Virus record (IMG/VR): IMGVR_UViG_3300043427_002668
DNA from: a virus
Lineage: Duplodnaviria > Caudoviricetes
DNA: 64,000 nt
Reading direction: 5' to 3' (one strand)
Below the pieces are notes generated by a model. It was given only the letters and a program-made list of their open reading frames with translations. It was not told the DNA's origin and searched no databases. The position numbers and the translations under genes were made by a program. Shown here piece by piece: positions 53,953 to 63,967 of the stretch; position 1 is the first letter of the stretch; each line of letters opens with the position of its first letter.

Positions 53953-54090
53953 ATGTCTAAAGTAGTATATCGTGGCGTTGAATATGATACGCAAAAGCGT
54001 ATTGCATATCAACAGCAAATGATGCAACAACCCCAACAATACAACGAAACCTATCGTGGTGTTAAGTTTGTAAAGGAGGGACACAAATGA
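53953..54090 (+). CDS. DUF4278-like peptide (45 aa)
   Basis: MSKVVYRGVEYDT...ETYRGVKF, two YRGV motifs; AAGGAG SD. Confidence 0.8.
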   Translation: MSKVVYRGVEYDTQKRIAYQQQMMQQPQQYNETYRGVKFVKEGHK

Positions 54091-54188
54091 ACACTTACTT
54101 CGTTCGTTACCTTAAGAAAAAAGCAAAGAAGGAACAACTCCTTCATAACGCACAATTGAATATGGCTAAGCAACCACAAGTTGCTTAA
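54087..54188 (+). CDS. 33 aa basic peptide
   Basis: MNTYFVRYLKKKAKKEQLLHNAQLNMAKQPQVA; ATGA overlap. Confidence 0.55.
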   Translation: MNTYFVRYLKKKAKKEQLLHNAQLNMAKQPQVA

Positions 54189-54194
54189 TAAATC

Positions 54195-54224
54195 AGAGAG
54201 GGACTTGACTCCCTCTCTTTTTTT
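54195..54224 (+). terminator. intrinsic terminator
   Basis: AGAGAGGGA/TCCCTCTCT plus T-run. Confidence 0.75.
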
Positions 54225-54253
54225 ATGTATAATTACCTTTGTGAGGGTTAATC

Positions 54254-54493
54254 ATGATGGATAAAGAAAATCTTAAGTTAATCATCAGAAACCTAGAGTC
54301 TCTTGTAGACTGTTTGAAGTCAGAAGTCTATTCTGATGTTAATTCATATAAACCTCAGTATGAGGAGATTGCTCCTTATATTGATGATTATGATGAAGTC
54401 TTTTATGATGAAGAGGAAGATGATGTATTTGGATCAGTAAGGGTCAACAAAAAATACAAACTAACAAACGACGATGATGGAGATGGACTGTGA
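54254..54493 (+). CDS. hypothetical acidic protein
   Basis: LKLIIRNLESLVDCLKSEVYSD. Confidence 0.7.
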   Translation: MMDKENLKLIIRNLESLVDCLKSEVYSDVNSYKPQYEEIAPYIDDYDEVFYDEEEDDVFGSVRVNKKYKLTNDDDGDGL

Positions 54494-55212
54494 AGGACAT
54501 GTTTGAAGAATTCGAATTTATGAAACCAGAGGTAAAACTGGTGTCTGTTACCCCAGATGCAGAGAAACACATGGCGTATTGTGCCCGCGTTTCTAACCCA
54601 AAGAATCAGGACAATGAAAGTTTTGATGGATTGCTTAAGTATTGTATTAAACATCAGCACTGGAGTATCTTCGAGCAAGCATCTATGACTGTAGAAATCA
54701 ATACTACAAGAGGTATTGCAGCTCAGATTTTGCGTCATAGGTCATTCACTTTTCAGGAGTTTTCTCAACGCTACGCTGATACCAATCTTCTAAACGAATC
54801 TATCCCTCTTCCTGAACTTCGTCGTCAAGATACGAAGAACCGTCAGAACTCAATTGACGACCTTCCAGACTACATGAAGCTTACTCTACTGGAAGATATC
54901 CGCGTTCTATTCGAACAGTCTCAGAGGGTCTACAACCGCCTTCTGGAGAAGGGAGTAGCAAAGGAGTGTGCTAGGTTCGTACTACCCTTAGCGACCCCTA
55001 CACGCCTCTATATGACGGGTTCTGTGAGGTCTTGGATTCACTACATTGATTTGAGAGCAGGTCATGGTACACAGAAGGAACATATGGATATTGCTGAGGC
55101 AATTCGTTGTATTTTTACTTGTCAATTCCCAGCAGTTTCTGCTGCTCTTAATTGGAATCGTGATAACTGTGCTGATTGTGAAAGTATTCAACCATCAGTT
55201 CGTATAGACTAA
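54490..55212 (+). CDS. thyX: flavin-dependent thymidylate synthase
   Basis: HWSIFEQ, RHRSFTFQEFSQRY, KECARFVLP, HGTQKEH. Confidence 0.96.
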   Translation: MKDMFEEFEFMKPEVKLVSVTPDAEKHMAYCARVSNPKNQDNESFDGLLKYCIKHQHWSIFEQASMTVEINTTRGIAAQILRHRSFTFQEFSQRYADTNLLNESIPLPELRRQDTKNRQNSIDDLPDYMKLTLLEDIRVLFEQSQRVYNRLLEKGVAKECARFVLPLATPTRLYMTGSVRSWIHYIDLRAGHGTQKEHMDIAEAIRCIFTCQFPAVSAALNWNRDNCADCESIQPSVRID

Positions 55213-55241
55213 ATACTGACATATAAAATGGAGGAATAGAG

Positions 55242-55484
55242 TTGGCAATTTATCCAATCATTCATAAAGAAACGGGTGAAAAGAAAGTAATTGAAATGAG
55301 CGTTCATGAAATTACTCAATGGTATAAAGACAATCCAGAGTGGCAACGGGATTGGTCTGAAGGATGTGCGAGTCCAGGAGAAGTTGGAGATTGGCAAAAT
55401 AAGCTAATCTCCAAAAATCCTGGATGGAATGAAGTTCTTGGTCGTGCTGCCAAGATGCCTGGTTCAAAAGTCAAAAAAATCTAA
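55242..55484 (+). CDS. conserved cyanophage hypothetical protein
   Basis: TTG start with GGAGG SD; WYKDNPEWQRDW. Confidence 0.7.
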   Translation: MAIYPIIHKETGEKKVIEMSVHEITQWYKDNPEWQRDWSEGCASPGEVGDWQNKLISKNPGWNEVLGRAAKMPGSKVKKI

Positions 55485-55490
55485 TTACAT

Positions 55491-56246
55491 ATGGCAAGAA
55501 GAAAAAGAGTAGAAGACCAACCAATTGGTGTTGGACTTACCGCAAAACAAATGAAGCGTAAGAAACCAATCAATGCTGATTTGATACGAGAGATTGAACC
55601 TCTTACGGATAATCAAAAACTTCTCTACAAAGCATATGAAGCAAATCAAAATATCGTTGCTTATGGATGTGCTGGAACAGGTAAAACTTTCATCACACTC
55701 TATAATGCTCTCTGTGATGTATTGGACGAAAGAAGTCCTTATGAAAAAATTTATATCGTAAGGTCTCTTGTTGCCACCCGTGAGATTGGATTTCTTCCTG
55801 GAGATCATGAAGACAAGTCCTCTCTTTACCAAATTCCTTATAAGAATATGGTGAAGTATATGTTCCAACTCCCCACAGACGCAGATTTTGAGATGCTCTA
55901 TGGAAACCTCAAAACTCAAGGAACGATTAGTTTTTGGAGTACTTCTTTTATTCGCGGAACTACTCTGGATAATGCAATTATAATCGTAGATGAATTCCAA
56001 AATCTTAACTTCCATGAACTTGACTCTATCATCACTCGTGTTGGAGAAAACTCCAAGATTATGTTCTGCGGTGATGCAACTCAATCAGACTTGATTAAGT
56101 CAAATGAGAAGAATGGCATCGTTGACTTTATGAAGATTCTTCGGGTGATGCCCTCGATTGATATTATTGAATTTGGTGTTGAAGATATTGTTCGCTCTGG
56201 ATTCGTGAAGGAATATATTCTTGCAAAAATGGAAATGAATCTATGA
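55491..56246 (+). CDS. phoH: PhoH family ATPase
   Basis: GCAGTGKT Walker A, GFLPG, FIRGTTLD, IVDEFQN, CGD..QSD. Confidence 0.95.
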   Translation: MARRKRVEDQPIGVGLTAKQMKRKKPINADLIREIEPLTDNQKLLYKAYEANQNIVAYGCAGTGKTFITLYNALCDVLDERSPYEKIYIVRSLVATREIGFLPGDHEDKSSLYQIPYKNMVKYMFQLPTDADFEMLYGNLKTQGTISFWSTSFIRGTTLDNAIIIVDEFQNLNFHELDSIITRVGENSKIMFCGDATQSDLIKSNEKNGIVDFMKILRVMPSIDIIEFGVEDIVRSGFVKEYILAKMEMNL

Positions 56247-56923
56247 CATTTATTCATCATAATTTTCTAGGTGATATTGAATTAGAAAAGAAAGAACAGA
56301 ATGGCATCCGCCTCTACCATCTTCCTGACGGGCAGTGGGTGCCTTCTATCACTTCGGTCACTTCATTTTATAATCGTCAGATCTTTATTAACTGGCGAAA
56401 GAGAGTTGGACTAGAAGAAGCAAATCGTATTACGAAGAGAGCAACAACAAGAGGAACTGATTTTCACCAAGTCTGTCAAGACTATCTTGAAAACAAAGAA
56501 CTGAACTGGGATGATTATCAACCTCTGACAAAGTTTATGTTTCATCATTTGAAACCTGAACTTGATAAGATAAATAATATTCACGCAATTGAAAGAACTT
56601 TATACTCTCAGTATTTTGGACTTGCTGGACGAGTTGATTGTATCGCTGAGTATGAAGGTGAACTTGCGGTTATAGACTTTAAAACTTCAGAAAAAATTAA
56701 ACCAGAAGAATGGATTGAGAACTATTTCGTCCAAGAGATGTTTTATGCATCTGCTTATTATGAAATGACTGGTAAACCAATTAAAAAGTTAATCACATTA
56801 ATGGTGACTCCTGGTGGAGAAGTGAAAGTATTTGACAAAAGAAACAAAGGCGAGTATATTAAACTACTAGTTCGCTATATTAAAGAATTTGTATCTCACA
56901 GTACTAGGCCAGATGGAGAATGA
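56243..56923 (+). CDS. PD-(D/E)xK exonuclease
   Basis: VPSITSV, AGRVDCIAE, VIDFKTS, YFVQ. Confidence 0.85.
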   Translation: MTFIHHNFLGDIELEKKEQNGIRLYHLPDGQWVPSITSVTSFYNRQIFINWRKRVGLEEANRITKRATTRGTDFHQVCQDYLENKELNWDDYQPLTKFMFHHLKPELDKINNIHAIERTLYSQYFGLAGRVDCIAEYEGELAVIDFKTSEKIKPEEWIENYFVQEMFYASAYYEMTGKPIKKLITLMVTPGGEVKVFDKRNKGEYIKLLVRYIKEFVSHSTRPDGE

Positions 56924-57170
56924 GTTAGAGAAAGTACTAGAAAGTAAATTTTTCTGTCCTTCGCGGTTCGCTCAGGAGATTGAGAATCTCGTTCAGGTGA
57001 ATATCGAAATGAATTATATTGACGCGATTATTCATTTTTGCGAACATAATAATATCGATTTGGAATCAGTTCCTAAACTCATTTCAAAACCCCTGAAAGA
57101 AAAAATTAAGTATGAAGCAATGGAACTCAACTTCTTAAAAAAGAGTTCCCGTGCAAAACTACCTCTTTGA
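56913..57170 (+). CDS. gp33: late transcription coactivator
   Basis: MNYIDAIIHFCE, KEKIKYEAMELNFL. Confidence 0.8.
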   Translation: MENELEKVLESKFFCPSRFAQEIENLVQVNIEMNYIDAIIHFCEHNNIDLESVPKLISKPLKEKIKYEAMELNFLKKSSRAKLPL

Positions 57171-57173
57171 TGA

Positions 57174-57770
57174 ATGATGCCATTCGATTCTTATAAAACT
57201 TATCTGTCCTTGAAGAATCATTTCACCAAGGACAGTTATGATTACTTTAAATATTGTGGTAAAAGTCGTGCCACTCTTCAATCTTTTTACAAACGAAAAG
57301 ACCGAATGTGGTTTGAGAAAGTTGCAAGACAAAAAACAGATCAGGAAGTTGTAGATTTTTTTGTTGCTAATTTCGTCTCCTGTAATGATCCAGAAACTCT
57401 CTGGATTGGTGAGATGATTAAAGAAGGAGAAGATAGATATCAAAATTGGCAAAAGAAAATTCAATCTCTTTCTTATCTCTTTAAAGAAGAAAGTGAATCT
57501 TTATTTGAAGAAAATAAATTTCAAGAAGTTTTTAGTTGTTCCAAAGGACATCCTCCTCTTCTTAAAAAGTTTCTAACTGGTAAAGTAAGTTTGGAAACAC
57601 TTGTCATCTACGATAAAATCTTTTCTTACTCAAAGAATTTTGATAAGAAACTTAAGGATCCAGTGTGGGAAACCGTCAGTCGTAGGGTTAAAAAATATAA
57701 TCCATTTCTAAATATTGATGTATTTCGGTTTCGTAAAATTTTAAAAGAAATCGTTTTGGAGGGTTCATGA
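57174..57770 (+). CDS. gp59: helicase loader
   Basis: YLSLKNHF...YDYFKYCGK, FFVANF, KKYNPF; T4 gp33-gp59-gp32 synteny. Confidence 0.85.
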   Translation: MMPFDSYKTYLSLKNHFTKDSYDYFKYCGKSRATLQSFYKRKDRMWFEKVARQKTDQEVVDFFVANFVSCNDPETLWIGEMIKEGEDRYQNWQKKIQSLSYLFKEESESLFEENKFQEVFSCSKGHPPLLKKFLTGKVSLETLVIYDKIFSYSKNFDKKLKDPVWETVSRRVKKYNPFLNIDVFRFRKILKEIVLEGS

Positions 57771-58108
57771 GTTTCTTTAGTTCAGAAGTTGTCCGTGCTG
57801 AGATGACTGAAATATCAGAGATGCAAGAAGAAATTTATTCGAACATCTTCAAGTTTCCTACAATGACTAAGGAAGAACGACTGGATCATGTTGAACTTCT
57901 TGAACGTCTTTTAGAAAAACAAAAAGTTCTCTATACGAGAATGAGTTTGTCTGATGACCCCGAAGCACAGCAGATGAAAGATCGTATTGTTGAATCTGCA
58001 ATGATGATGGGTATGCCTCCGGGTACTGATATGAATATCATTCTTAACAATATGTCTAGGATGCTTGAGATGATGAAGGAACAGATTGACAAGCACGACC
58101 CAGACTGA
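57767..58108 (+). CDS. conserved cyanophage hypothetical protein (DUF1825-like)
   Basis: MSFFSSEVVRAEM...LYTRMSLSDDPEA. Confidence 0.7.
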   Translation: MSFFSSEVVRAEMTEISEMQEEIYSNIFKFPTMTKEERLDHVELLERLLEKQKVLYTRMSLSDDPEAQQMKDRIVESAMMMGMPPGTDMNIILNNMSRMLEMMKEQIDKHDPD

Positions 58109-58114
58109 TAGAAT
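58086..58114 (+). promoter_or_regulatory. sigma70 promoter for gp32
   Basis: TTGACA-17 nt-TAGAAT. Confidence 0.75.
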
Positions 58115-58178
58115 ATGGGCTGGACGATCCCTTAAGCAAAGTCCCAAAAGCCAAATCCAATTAATACGGAGAAATCTA

Positions 58179-59123
58179 ATGTCTTTTTCAGATCTAAAAA
58201 AGCAATCCAAACTTGGTTCTTTGACTGCTAAACTAGTCAAAGAAGTTGAAAAAATGAGTGCCACCAGCGGTGGTGAAGATGATCGTCTCTGGAAACCCGA
58301 ACTTGATAAAACTGGAAACGGTTTTGCAGTGATTCGTTTCCTTCCTGCTCCTGAGGGTGAAGATGTTCCCTGGGCAAAGATTTATTCTCATGGTTTTCAA
58401 GGTCCTGGTGGTTGGTACATTGAAAACTCTCTGACTACTCTAGGTCAGAAAGATCCTGTTTCCGAATACAATCGCAAACTGTGGAACAGTGGTAGCGATA
58501 AAGATAAAGAAACTGTTCGTAAGCAGAAGCGTAAACTGTCTTATTACAGCAACATTTATGTTGTAAAAGACCCTACCAATCCTCAAAACGAAGGTAAAGT
58601 CTTCCTGTTTAAATACGGCAAGAAGATCTTTGACAAGATTATGGAAGCAATGCAACCTGAGTTTGAGGATGAAACTCCTATCAATCCTTTTGACTTCTGG
58701 CAGGGTGCGAATTTCAAACTCAAAATCGTTAAGAAAGATGGGTACTGGAATTACGACAAGTCAGAATTTGGTTCTGTTGAACCACTACTGGATGATGACG
58801 ATGCTCTGGAAGCCATCTGGAAGAAAGAGTATTCTCTGGCAGCAGTAACTGCTCCCGATCAGTTTAAGTCCTATGAAGAACTGGAAGCACGTATGAACGT
58901 TGTTCTGGGTCTTCAAACTTCTTCTCCTGCACGTTCCCGTGCTGTAATGGAGGAGGAAGATGAGTATGAATCTTATGCAGAAAAACCGACTGCTGAGAGT
59001 CGTGTCGTAGAGGAACTGGAGCAATCTTATGCTCGTTCTAAGTCTCCTTCACTTCCTAAGATCGCTCAGGATGATGATGAGGATGATGCTCTCTCTTACT
59101 TCCAGCGTCTTGCTGAAGAGTGA
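58179..59123 (+). CDS. gp32: single-stranded DNA-binding protein
   Basis: GNGFAVIRFLP, HGFQGPGGWYIEN, YSNIYVVKDP, acidic C-tail. Confidence 0.96.
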   Translation: MSFSDLKKQSKLGSLTAKLVKEVEKMSATSGGEDDRLWKPELDKTGNGFAVIRFLPAPEGEDVPWAKIYSHGFQGPGGWYIENSLTTLGQKDPVSEYNRKLWNSGSDKDKETVRKQKRKLSYYSNIYVVKDPTNPQNEGKVFLFKYGKKIFDKIMEAMQPEFEDETPINPFDFWQGANFKLKIVKKDGYWNYDKSEFGSVEPLLDDDDALEAIWKKEYSLAAVTAPDQFKSYEELEARMNVVLGLQTSSPARSRAVMEEEDEYESYAEKPTAESRVVEELEQSYARSKSPSLPKIAQDDDEDDALSYFQRLAEE

Positions 59124-59789
59124 TTATTCAAAGAGTCTAATATTATCTCCTTTCTTAAGGTTCTCAGCAACATACTGCTGAGAACCTTTTTTGTATGGCA
59201 TAATCTCTGCAATATCATCAAATACAATACTTAAGTATCTTGATTTGAGAACGTAGATATTTCTTTTCTTTTCTTCCAACTCAACTTCATACTCGTAATT
59301 TGTGACTGGAATCGCAAAATCTTTTGCATCCTTATATTCACCGTTATCATAGTATTGAAGACTGAATTTTTCATCAACAATTAGACCTTCTGGAATAATT
59401 ATAGTTCCATTGGAGTCTATAATTTCTGTAGTCTTATAATATTTAATTCCATTATAAAGAGTATTATAGTCATTGTATTTGTCTAGGACATACTTATCAA
59501 ATGTTCTTTGAGTCATGGGCCATTCTGTTTTTACGTCAAGTATGTTATTGGAAAGAAGAACTATCCAATCTAGGGTTTCATCATCATAAATTTTGAATGC
59601 AACATTATCGGGTCTTTCATCTCCAATAATTTGATATTTTTCAAAGTATGCTAGATTTTGAAAAATATCATCACGAAGTTTTGCTCTTTTGAAAAGATTT
59701 TTTACAACAGTGTAATCTGAAAGATTTTTTTCATCTTTTACTCGATTAATATAAGCGAAGTTTGGAACTGATCTGAAGTAGAATGCCAT
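59124..59789 (-). CDS. gp53: baseplate wedge protein
   Basis: YFRSVPN, GDERPDNVA...WIVLLSNNI, EWP, VTNYEYE. Confidence 0.88.
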   Translation of the reverse strand: MAFYFRSVPNFAYINRVKDEKNLSDYTVVKNLFKRAKLRDDIFQNLAYFEKYQIIGDERPDNVAFKIYDDETLDWIVLLSNNILDVKTEWPMTQRTFDKYVLDKYNDYNTLYNGIKYYKTTEIIDSNGTIIIPEGLIVDEKFSLQYYDNGEYKDAKDFAIPVTNYEYEVELEEKKRNIYVLKSRYLSIVFDDIAEIMPYKKGSQQYVAENLKKGDNIRLFE

Positions 59790-59791
59790 TT

Positions 59792-61165
59792 TTAGTAACC
59801 TATTTCTGATTCAAATGTTGTTGATCCCTTACCATAGTCATCATCATAAACCGGTTCAAGTTCTGAGAATTGCATTGATATATCGTATTGCGTCATTGCA
59901 CCATCATAAAAAGTTGCATAGTTTCCTGCAGGAGTATAATTGACATTGAATGAAGTGAGAGCACATTCTTTGATTTTGTTAATCCAAGGATGTTCTTTTG
60001 TTCCTATCATATATTTAATCTCAAATGTGTTAGGTGATTTCAAGAATAGTCCAGTGCTTGCTCTTTTTACTGACATTCCTTGTTTAAAAAATCTAATAAT
60101 ATTTCTAATTCTTTTTGCTTCATCTGGTTCTCTAGCAGATAAACTGAATGTAAAGTTAAACCCTCTTAAATTTGGACCTTGGAATAAAAGTTCCATATTT
60201 GGATTTATAATTCCACCAGTGGTTCTTGTTAGAAGACCTTTTGTTCCTGCTGCTTTATCTGCAAAACCTGCAGCAAATGCAGTTTTTATATCTTGAGATG
60301 CTCCAGTTAAAAGATCTGCAGATGCTTGAATTGCTTGACCAGCTCCTTCTGCTCCTCCCGTAATTGTTCCTAAAGCACCTGCTGCAGCGATTGCCTGTGC
60401 GGCGTTCATTTCATCAGATCCCCATTGAACTGTATTTGAATCTGAAATACTTGGTTGAATTGGGAGAATTACTGAACTTCCTCTTCTTTTTCCTTCAGTT
60501 GATCTTTCTCCGAAAGGGTCTCCTTTTGCAATTCCAGTTAAATTTATATTTTTTGGAGCATATTCCAACATTGTAAATCTTATATAATCTTGTTTATTTG
60601 TATCTAAACCTATTGGGTACTTTAAGTATAGACCTGCTGGATATTCAGAAACTTTTCTTGTTTCACTGCTGTCTCCAATTGTTAATTTTTTCAAATTATC
60701 TTGAGCCTGATTTAAATCTACTGTTTGTTGAGGTTCATTCGTTGCTCCAGTACCTTCTGCAGTTGCTGCTGCATTCCCATTACTTAGTTGATTTAACTGT
60801 TGGGGAGAAGCACCATTTGCCTTTGCATCTATCTGAGCGGTGCTTTTTACTGCATTATTTAAAGCACCTCCTGGTTGAAGTGATTTTAATTGATCTTGTG
60901 TTAAAATATTATTTCCACTTGCGTCTTTTGTGGGAGACCATGATTTTCCTCCATCAGTAGAAGTAGCTAATGCTCTATCAGTCTTTCCGCTTCTTGCAGT
61001 AACACTGTCCTGAAGAGTTAATTTTGACGCTCCTACTTGACTGTTTGTTATATTGGTTTCTGTCTTTACTGTATAAATTGTTGTAGAGTTTCCTATTTTT
61101 AACGGAAATGGTTTGCTAGTACTTGTTTTAGAACCTTCAGAATTCCATTGTTGGCTACTAGGCAT
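59792..61165 (-). CDS. gp48: baseplate tail-tube cap
   Basis: INPNMELLFQGPNLRGFNF, IIRFFKQGM, CALTSFNVNYTP. Confidence 0.85.
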   Translation of the reverse strand: MPSSQQWNSEGSKTSTSKPFPLKIGNSTTIYTVKTETNITNSQVGASKLTLQDSVTARSGKTDRALATSTDGGKSWSPTKDASGNNILTQDQLKSLQPGGALNNAVKSTAQIDAKANGASPQQLNQLSNGNAAATAEGTGATNEPQQTVDLNQAQDNLKKLTIGDSSETRKVSEYPAGLYLKYPIGLDTNKQDYIRFTMLEYAPKNINLTGIAKGDPFGERSTEGKRRGSSVILPIQPSISDSNTVQWGSDEMNAAQAIAAAGALGTITGGAEGAGQAIQASADLLTGASQDIKTAFAAGFADKAAGTKGLLTRTTGGIINPNMELLFQGPNLRGFNFTFSLSAREPDEAKRIRNIIRFFKQGMSVKRASTGLFLKSPNTFEIKYMIGTKEHPWINKIKECALTSFNVNYTPAGNYATFYDGAMTQYDISMQFSELEPVYDDDYGKGSTTFESEIGY

Positions 61166-61244
61166 CAACCTCTCCTCCAAATTTCTGAAGGATTAAAGAT
61201 CTCAATTTTTTGTAGAGTATGAGACATTTATATGGAGAGGACTT

Positions 61245-61634
61245 TTATTTATTTAGACGGAATTTTCCATATTGCAATGAGACTAATTCGTCCAACTCGT
61301 TATACTTAACGACGTGAAGTTTTCCGATAACTTCCTCCCAAGTATATTGTCTTGCCTGTCTCCAGTGAAAATTAAATCCTTTAAATCCCCATCCATAAAG
61401 TTCAGTGCAAGCAATTAATGGATGTTGATCGTATTCAATATCTGGTGTTTTTGGGTTATAGATGAAAGTATAAAACTTTCCTGGTTCTGGATATAGAACT
61501 TCTTCTTTGAAGATATCCATAATAATTAACATGATATCTTCTGGATCTCCACTTCCCAATTGCTCTACTTTTTTTAAGAGTTCTTTTGTTCTTACTGTTC
61601 CAGTTCCTACGTACTTTCCAAAACCTTCTGCCAT
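61245..61634 (-). CDS. gp2-like DNA end protector (short form)
   Basis: PGKFYTFIYNPK...YDQHPLI...GFNFHW resembles the T4 gp2 core; adjacent to gp4. Confidence 0.5.
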   Translation of the reverse strand: MAEGFGKYVGTGTVRTKELLKKVEQLGSGDPEDIMLIIMDIFKEEVLYPEPGKFYTFIYNPKTPDIEYDQHPLIACTELYGWGFKGFNFHWRQARQYTWEEVIGKLHVVKYNELDELVSLQYGKFRLNK

Positions 61635-62077
61635 TACTTAATACCTAAGTCTTCTTCGGTGATTACTTTGAATTCTAACATTCTATCCGCACACCACTCT
61701 TGTGCCGCTTTCCACTTTGCTTGATTTACCGCATAAGTTTTACATTCGTGCAGATAAGATTTAGTTACTCTTGACTTTTGTTTTGGTGGGACGGTTTGTT
61801 TTTTCGGTTTTACCTCAATCACGTAAGTTTTAATTTTTCCAGACGCTTCTTTAACTTTGATTAAGTAATCTGGAAAATATCTATGCACTCTATTATCAAC
61901 CGGAGACACATACCCTATACAAAACTCTTCAGAAGCCCAAGAAATTATGCTTGGATTGTGGTCGCACCAATAACAGAACCTACGTTCCCAACTGCTTCTG
62001 CAGATAATATTGTTTGCGTCACCTTGATATTTTTCTGGATACGATGGTTTGTAGATACTTTTAATACTTTCTGCCAT
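61634..62077 (-). CDS. gp4: head completion nuclease
   Basis: KYQGD..NIICRSSWE, WASEE, RYFPD, IEVKP, VNQAKW. Confidence 0.9.
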   Translation of the reverse strand: MAESIKSIYKPSYPEKYQGDANNIICRSSWERRFCYWCDHNPSIISWASEEFCIGYVSPVDNRVHRYFPDYLIKVKEASGKIKTYVIEVKPKKQTVPPKQKSRVTKSYLHECKTYAVNQAKWKAAQEWCADRMLEFKVITEEDLGIK

Positions 62078-62115
62078 TTCCAGCATACATAATATAACAG
62101 TAAAAATATTTATAA

Positions 62116-63021
62116 ATGCCAGCTCCAACTCCAAGAGTAAGGGACGTATCGTTTTTAAAAACGAAGATAATGCAACCTGCATTAACTTCGAATTTTGAAT
62201 GTCATTTTGTCATACCACCAGAAGTAAACAAGCAGCTTGGATATAATGGAATATCTGGATCATCTCCTTTTACTACAGAGACATTAACAATTTCTTGTTC
62301 TGATGCGTCTCTTCCAGGTTCATCTCTTACAACTCATGAATTAAATAATGATTTTACTGGTGTTACACAAAGACATGCATATAGAAGATTATATGATGAT
62401 AGGGCAGATTTTACTTTTTATGTAAATAGAGATTACCTTCAGATAAGATTATTTGAAATTTGGATGAGGTATATTGCCGGAGAACAAGCATCATTTGGGG
62501 AAAGTAATACCGTATCATATAGAGTAAATTACCCAAAAAATTATAAAGCAAGTGCAATCTATATTACTAAATTTGAAAGAGATCTTGGATCAAAAAGTTC
62601 TCCTAATAATAAAACCTTAGTTTATACATTTGTAAATGCATTTCCAATTTCTATAACTTCAATCCCCGTTTCTTATGATAGTTCTCAACTTTTAAAGTGT
62701 ACTGTTTCCTTTACTTATGATAGGTATTTTGTGGGTAATGTGAAGGATAAATCGCCTACAGGAGACCCATCACAATCACTAGCAACTGGTGTTCCTAATC
62801 CAAATGATGTTACTTATTCCAGTGGTGTGGATCAAAATGCATTTACTGGAGATGCATCACTTACTAAAGATGTTACAAATACTTTAAATAATGTTTCTCC
62901 AAATCAATTAAATAGGCAACCAGCATTTACTCAATCCGAGATTACTAGTGCAATAGATGCTGAGAGACAACTTCAGTTAAATGGAGTTCCTGCAGATAGC
63001 GGTGCTTTAAACCTCTTTTGA
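62116..63021 (+). CDS. gp54: baseplate tail-tube initiator (gp54 / tube-like fold)
   Basis: CSDASLPG, FTFYV, FEIWM, YTFVNAFPISI, VSFTY. Confidence 0.7.
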   Translation: MPAPTPRVRDVSFLKTKIMQPALTSNFECHFVIPPEVNKQLGYNGISGSSPFTTETLTISCSDASLPGSSLTTHELNNDFTGVTQRHAYRRLYDDRADFTFYVNRDYLQIRLFEIWMRYIAGEQASFGESNTVSYRVNYPKNYKASAIYITKFERDLGSKSSPNNKTLVYTFVNAFPISITSIPVSYDSSQLLKCTVSFTYDRYFVGNVKDKSPTGDPSQSLATGVPNPNDVTYSSGVDQNAFTGDASLTKDVTNTLNNVSPNQLNRQPAFTQSEITSAIDAERQLQLNGVPADSGALNLF

Positions 63022-63062
63022 TCTTTTAATAAATAGTCACACCTGAATTGTTTTAGGAGATT

Positions 63063-63782
63063 ATGCCTTTACCAAAAATTGCAACTCCAACATATGAGTT
63101 GGAATTACCTTCGACTGGGGAAACAATTAAGTATCGTCCATTCTTAGTTAAAGAAGAAAAACTTTTAGTCATTGCCCTAGAATCTGAAGATACGAAACAG
63201 ATTACTACAGCAATAAAGACGGTTATTAAAAACTGTATTGAGACGAAGGGAATTAAAGTAGAAACTCTTCCAACATTTGATATTGAATATTTGTTTTTAA
63301 ATATTCGTGGTAAGTCCGTTGGAGAAGAGATAGAAGTTAATATTATCTGTCCTGATGATGGGGAGACTACAGTTCCTATTAAAATTAATGTTGATGATAT
63401 CAAAGTTCAAAAGAATGAAGATCATAATAATAAAATTAAATTAGATTCTCATTTGATGATGGAAATGAAGTATCCTTCATTGGATCAATTCATTAAAAAT
63501 AATTTTGATTTATCCAACAATAATGCATTGGAACAATCTTTTGAACTTGTTGCATCATGTGTAGATAAAATTTATAATGAAGAAGATGTTTGGTCTGCTG
63601 CAGATGTAACGAAGAAAGAACTTATGGAGTTTTTGGATCAAATGAATACGACTCAATTTAAACAGATTGAAAAGTTCTTTGAGACAATGCCTAAACTTTC
63701 TCATAAAGTTATGGTGAAAAATCCAAAGACAGAAGTTGAAAGTGAAGTCGTATTAGAGGGTCTCTCAAGTTTTTTCGCATAG
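63063..63782 (+). CDS. gp26: baseplate hub subunit
   Basis: MPLPKI..PTYEL.LPS, YRPFLVKEEK, IRGKSVGE, FFETMPKL. Confidence 0.92.
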   Translation: MPLPKIATPTYELELPSTGETIKYRPFLVKEEKLLVIALESEDTKQITTAIKTVIKNCIETKGIKVETLPTFDIEYLFLNIRGKSVGEEIEVNIICPDDGETTVPIKINVDDIKVQKNEDHNNKIKLDSHLMMEMKYPSLDQFIKNNFDLSNNNALEQSFELVASCVDKIYNEEDVWSAADVTKKELMEFLDQMNTTQFKQIEKFFETMPKLSHKVMVKNPKTEVESEVVLEGLSSFFA

Positions 63783-63793
63783 CACTGATCCAT

Positions 63794-63967
63794 ATGGATC
63801 TTGAAAACTATTTTCGTCTTAATTTTTCGTTGATGCAGTATCATAAATACTCATTGACGGAAATTGAAAATATGATTCCTTGGGAAAGAGACATTTATGT
63901 TGAACTTCTCAAGCAACATATAGAAGAAGAAGAGTTTAAACAAAAGCAACAAAGTAATGGCTGGTAA
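63794..63967 (+). CDS. gp51: baseplate hub assembly catalyst
   Basis: LMQYHKYSLTEIENMIPWERDIYV; 57 aa, below the ORF-track cutoff. Confidence 0.85.
   Translation: MDLENYFRLNFSLMQYHKYSLTEIENMIPWERDIYVELLKQHIEEEEFKQKQQSNGW

Noticed and set aside
58115-58178. T4 gene-32-type autoregulatory pseudoknot
   Set aside because: Only short 4-bp pairings are visible; not enough to support a call by eye.
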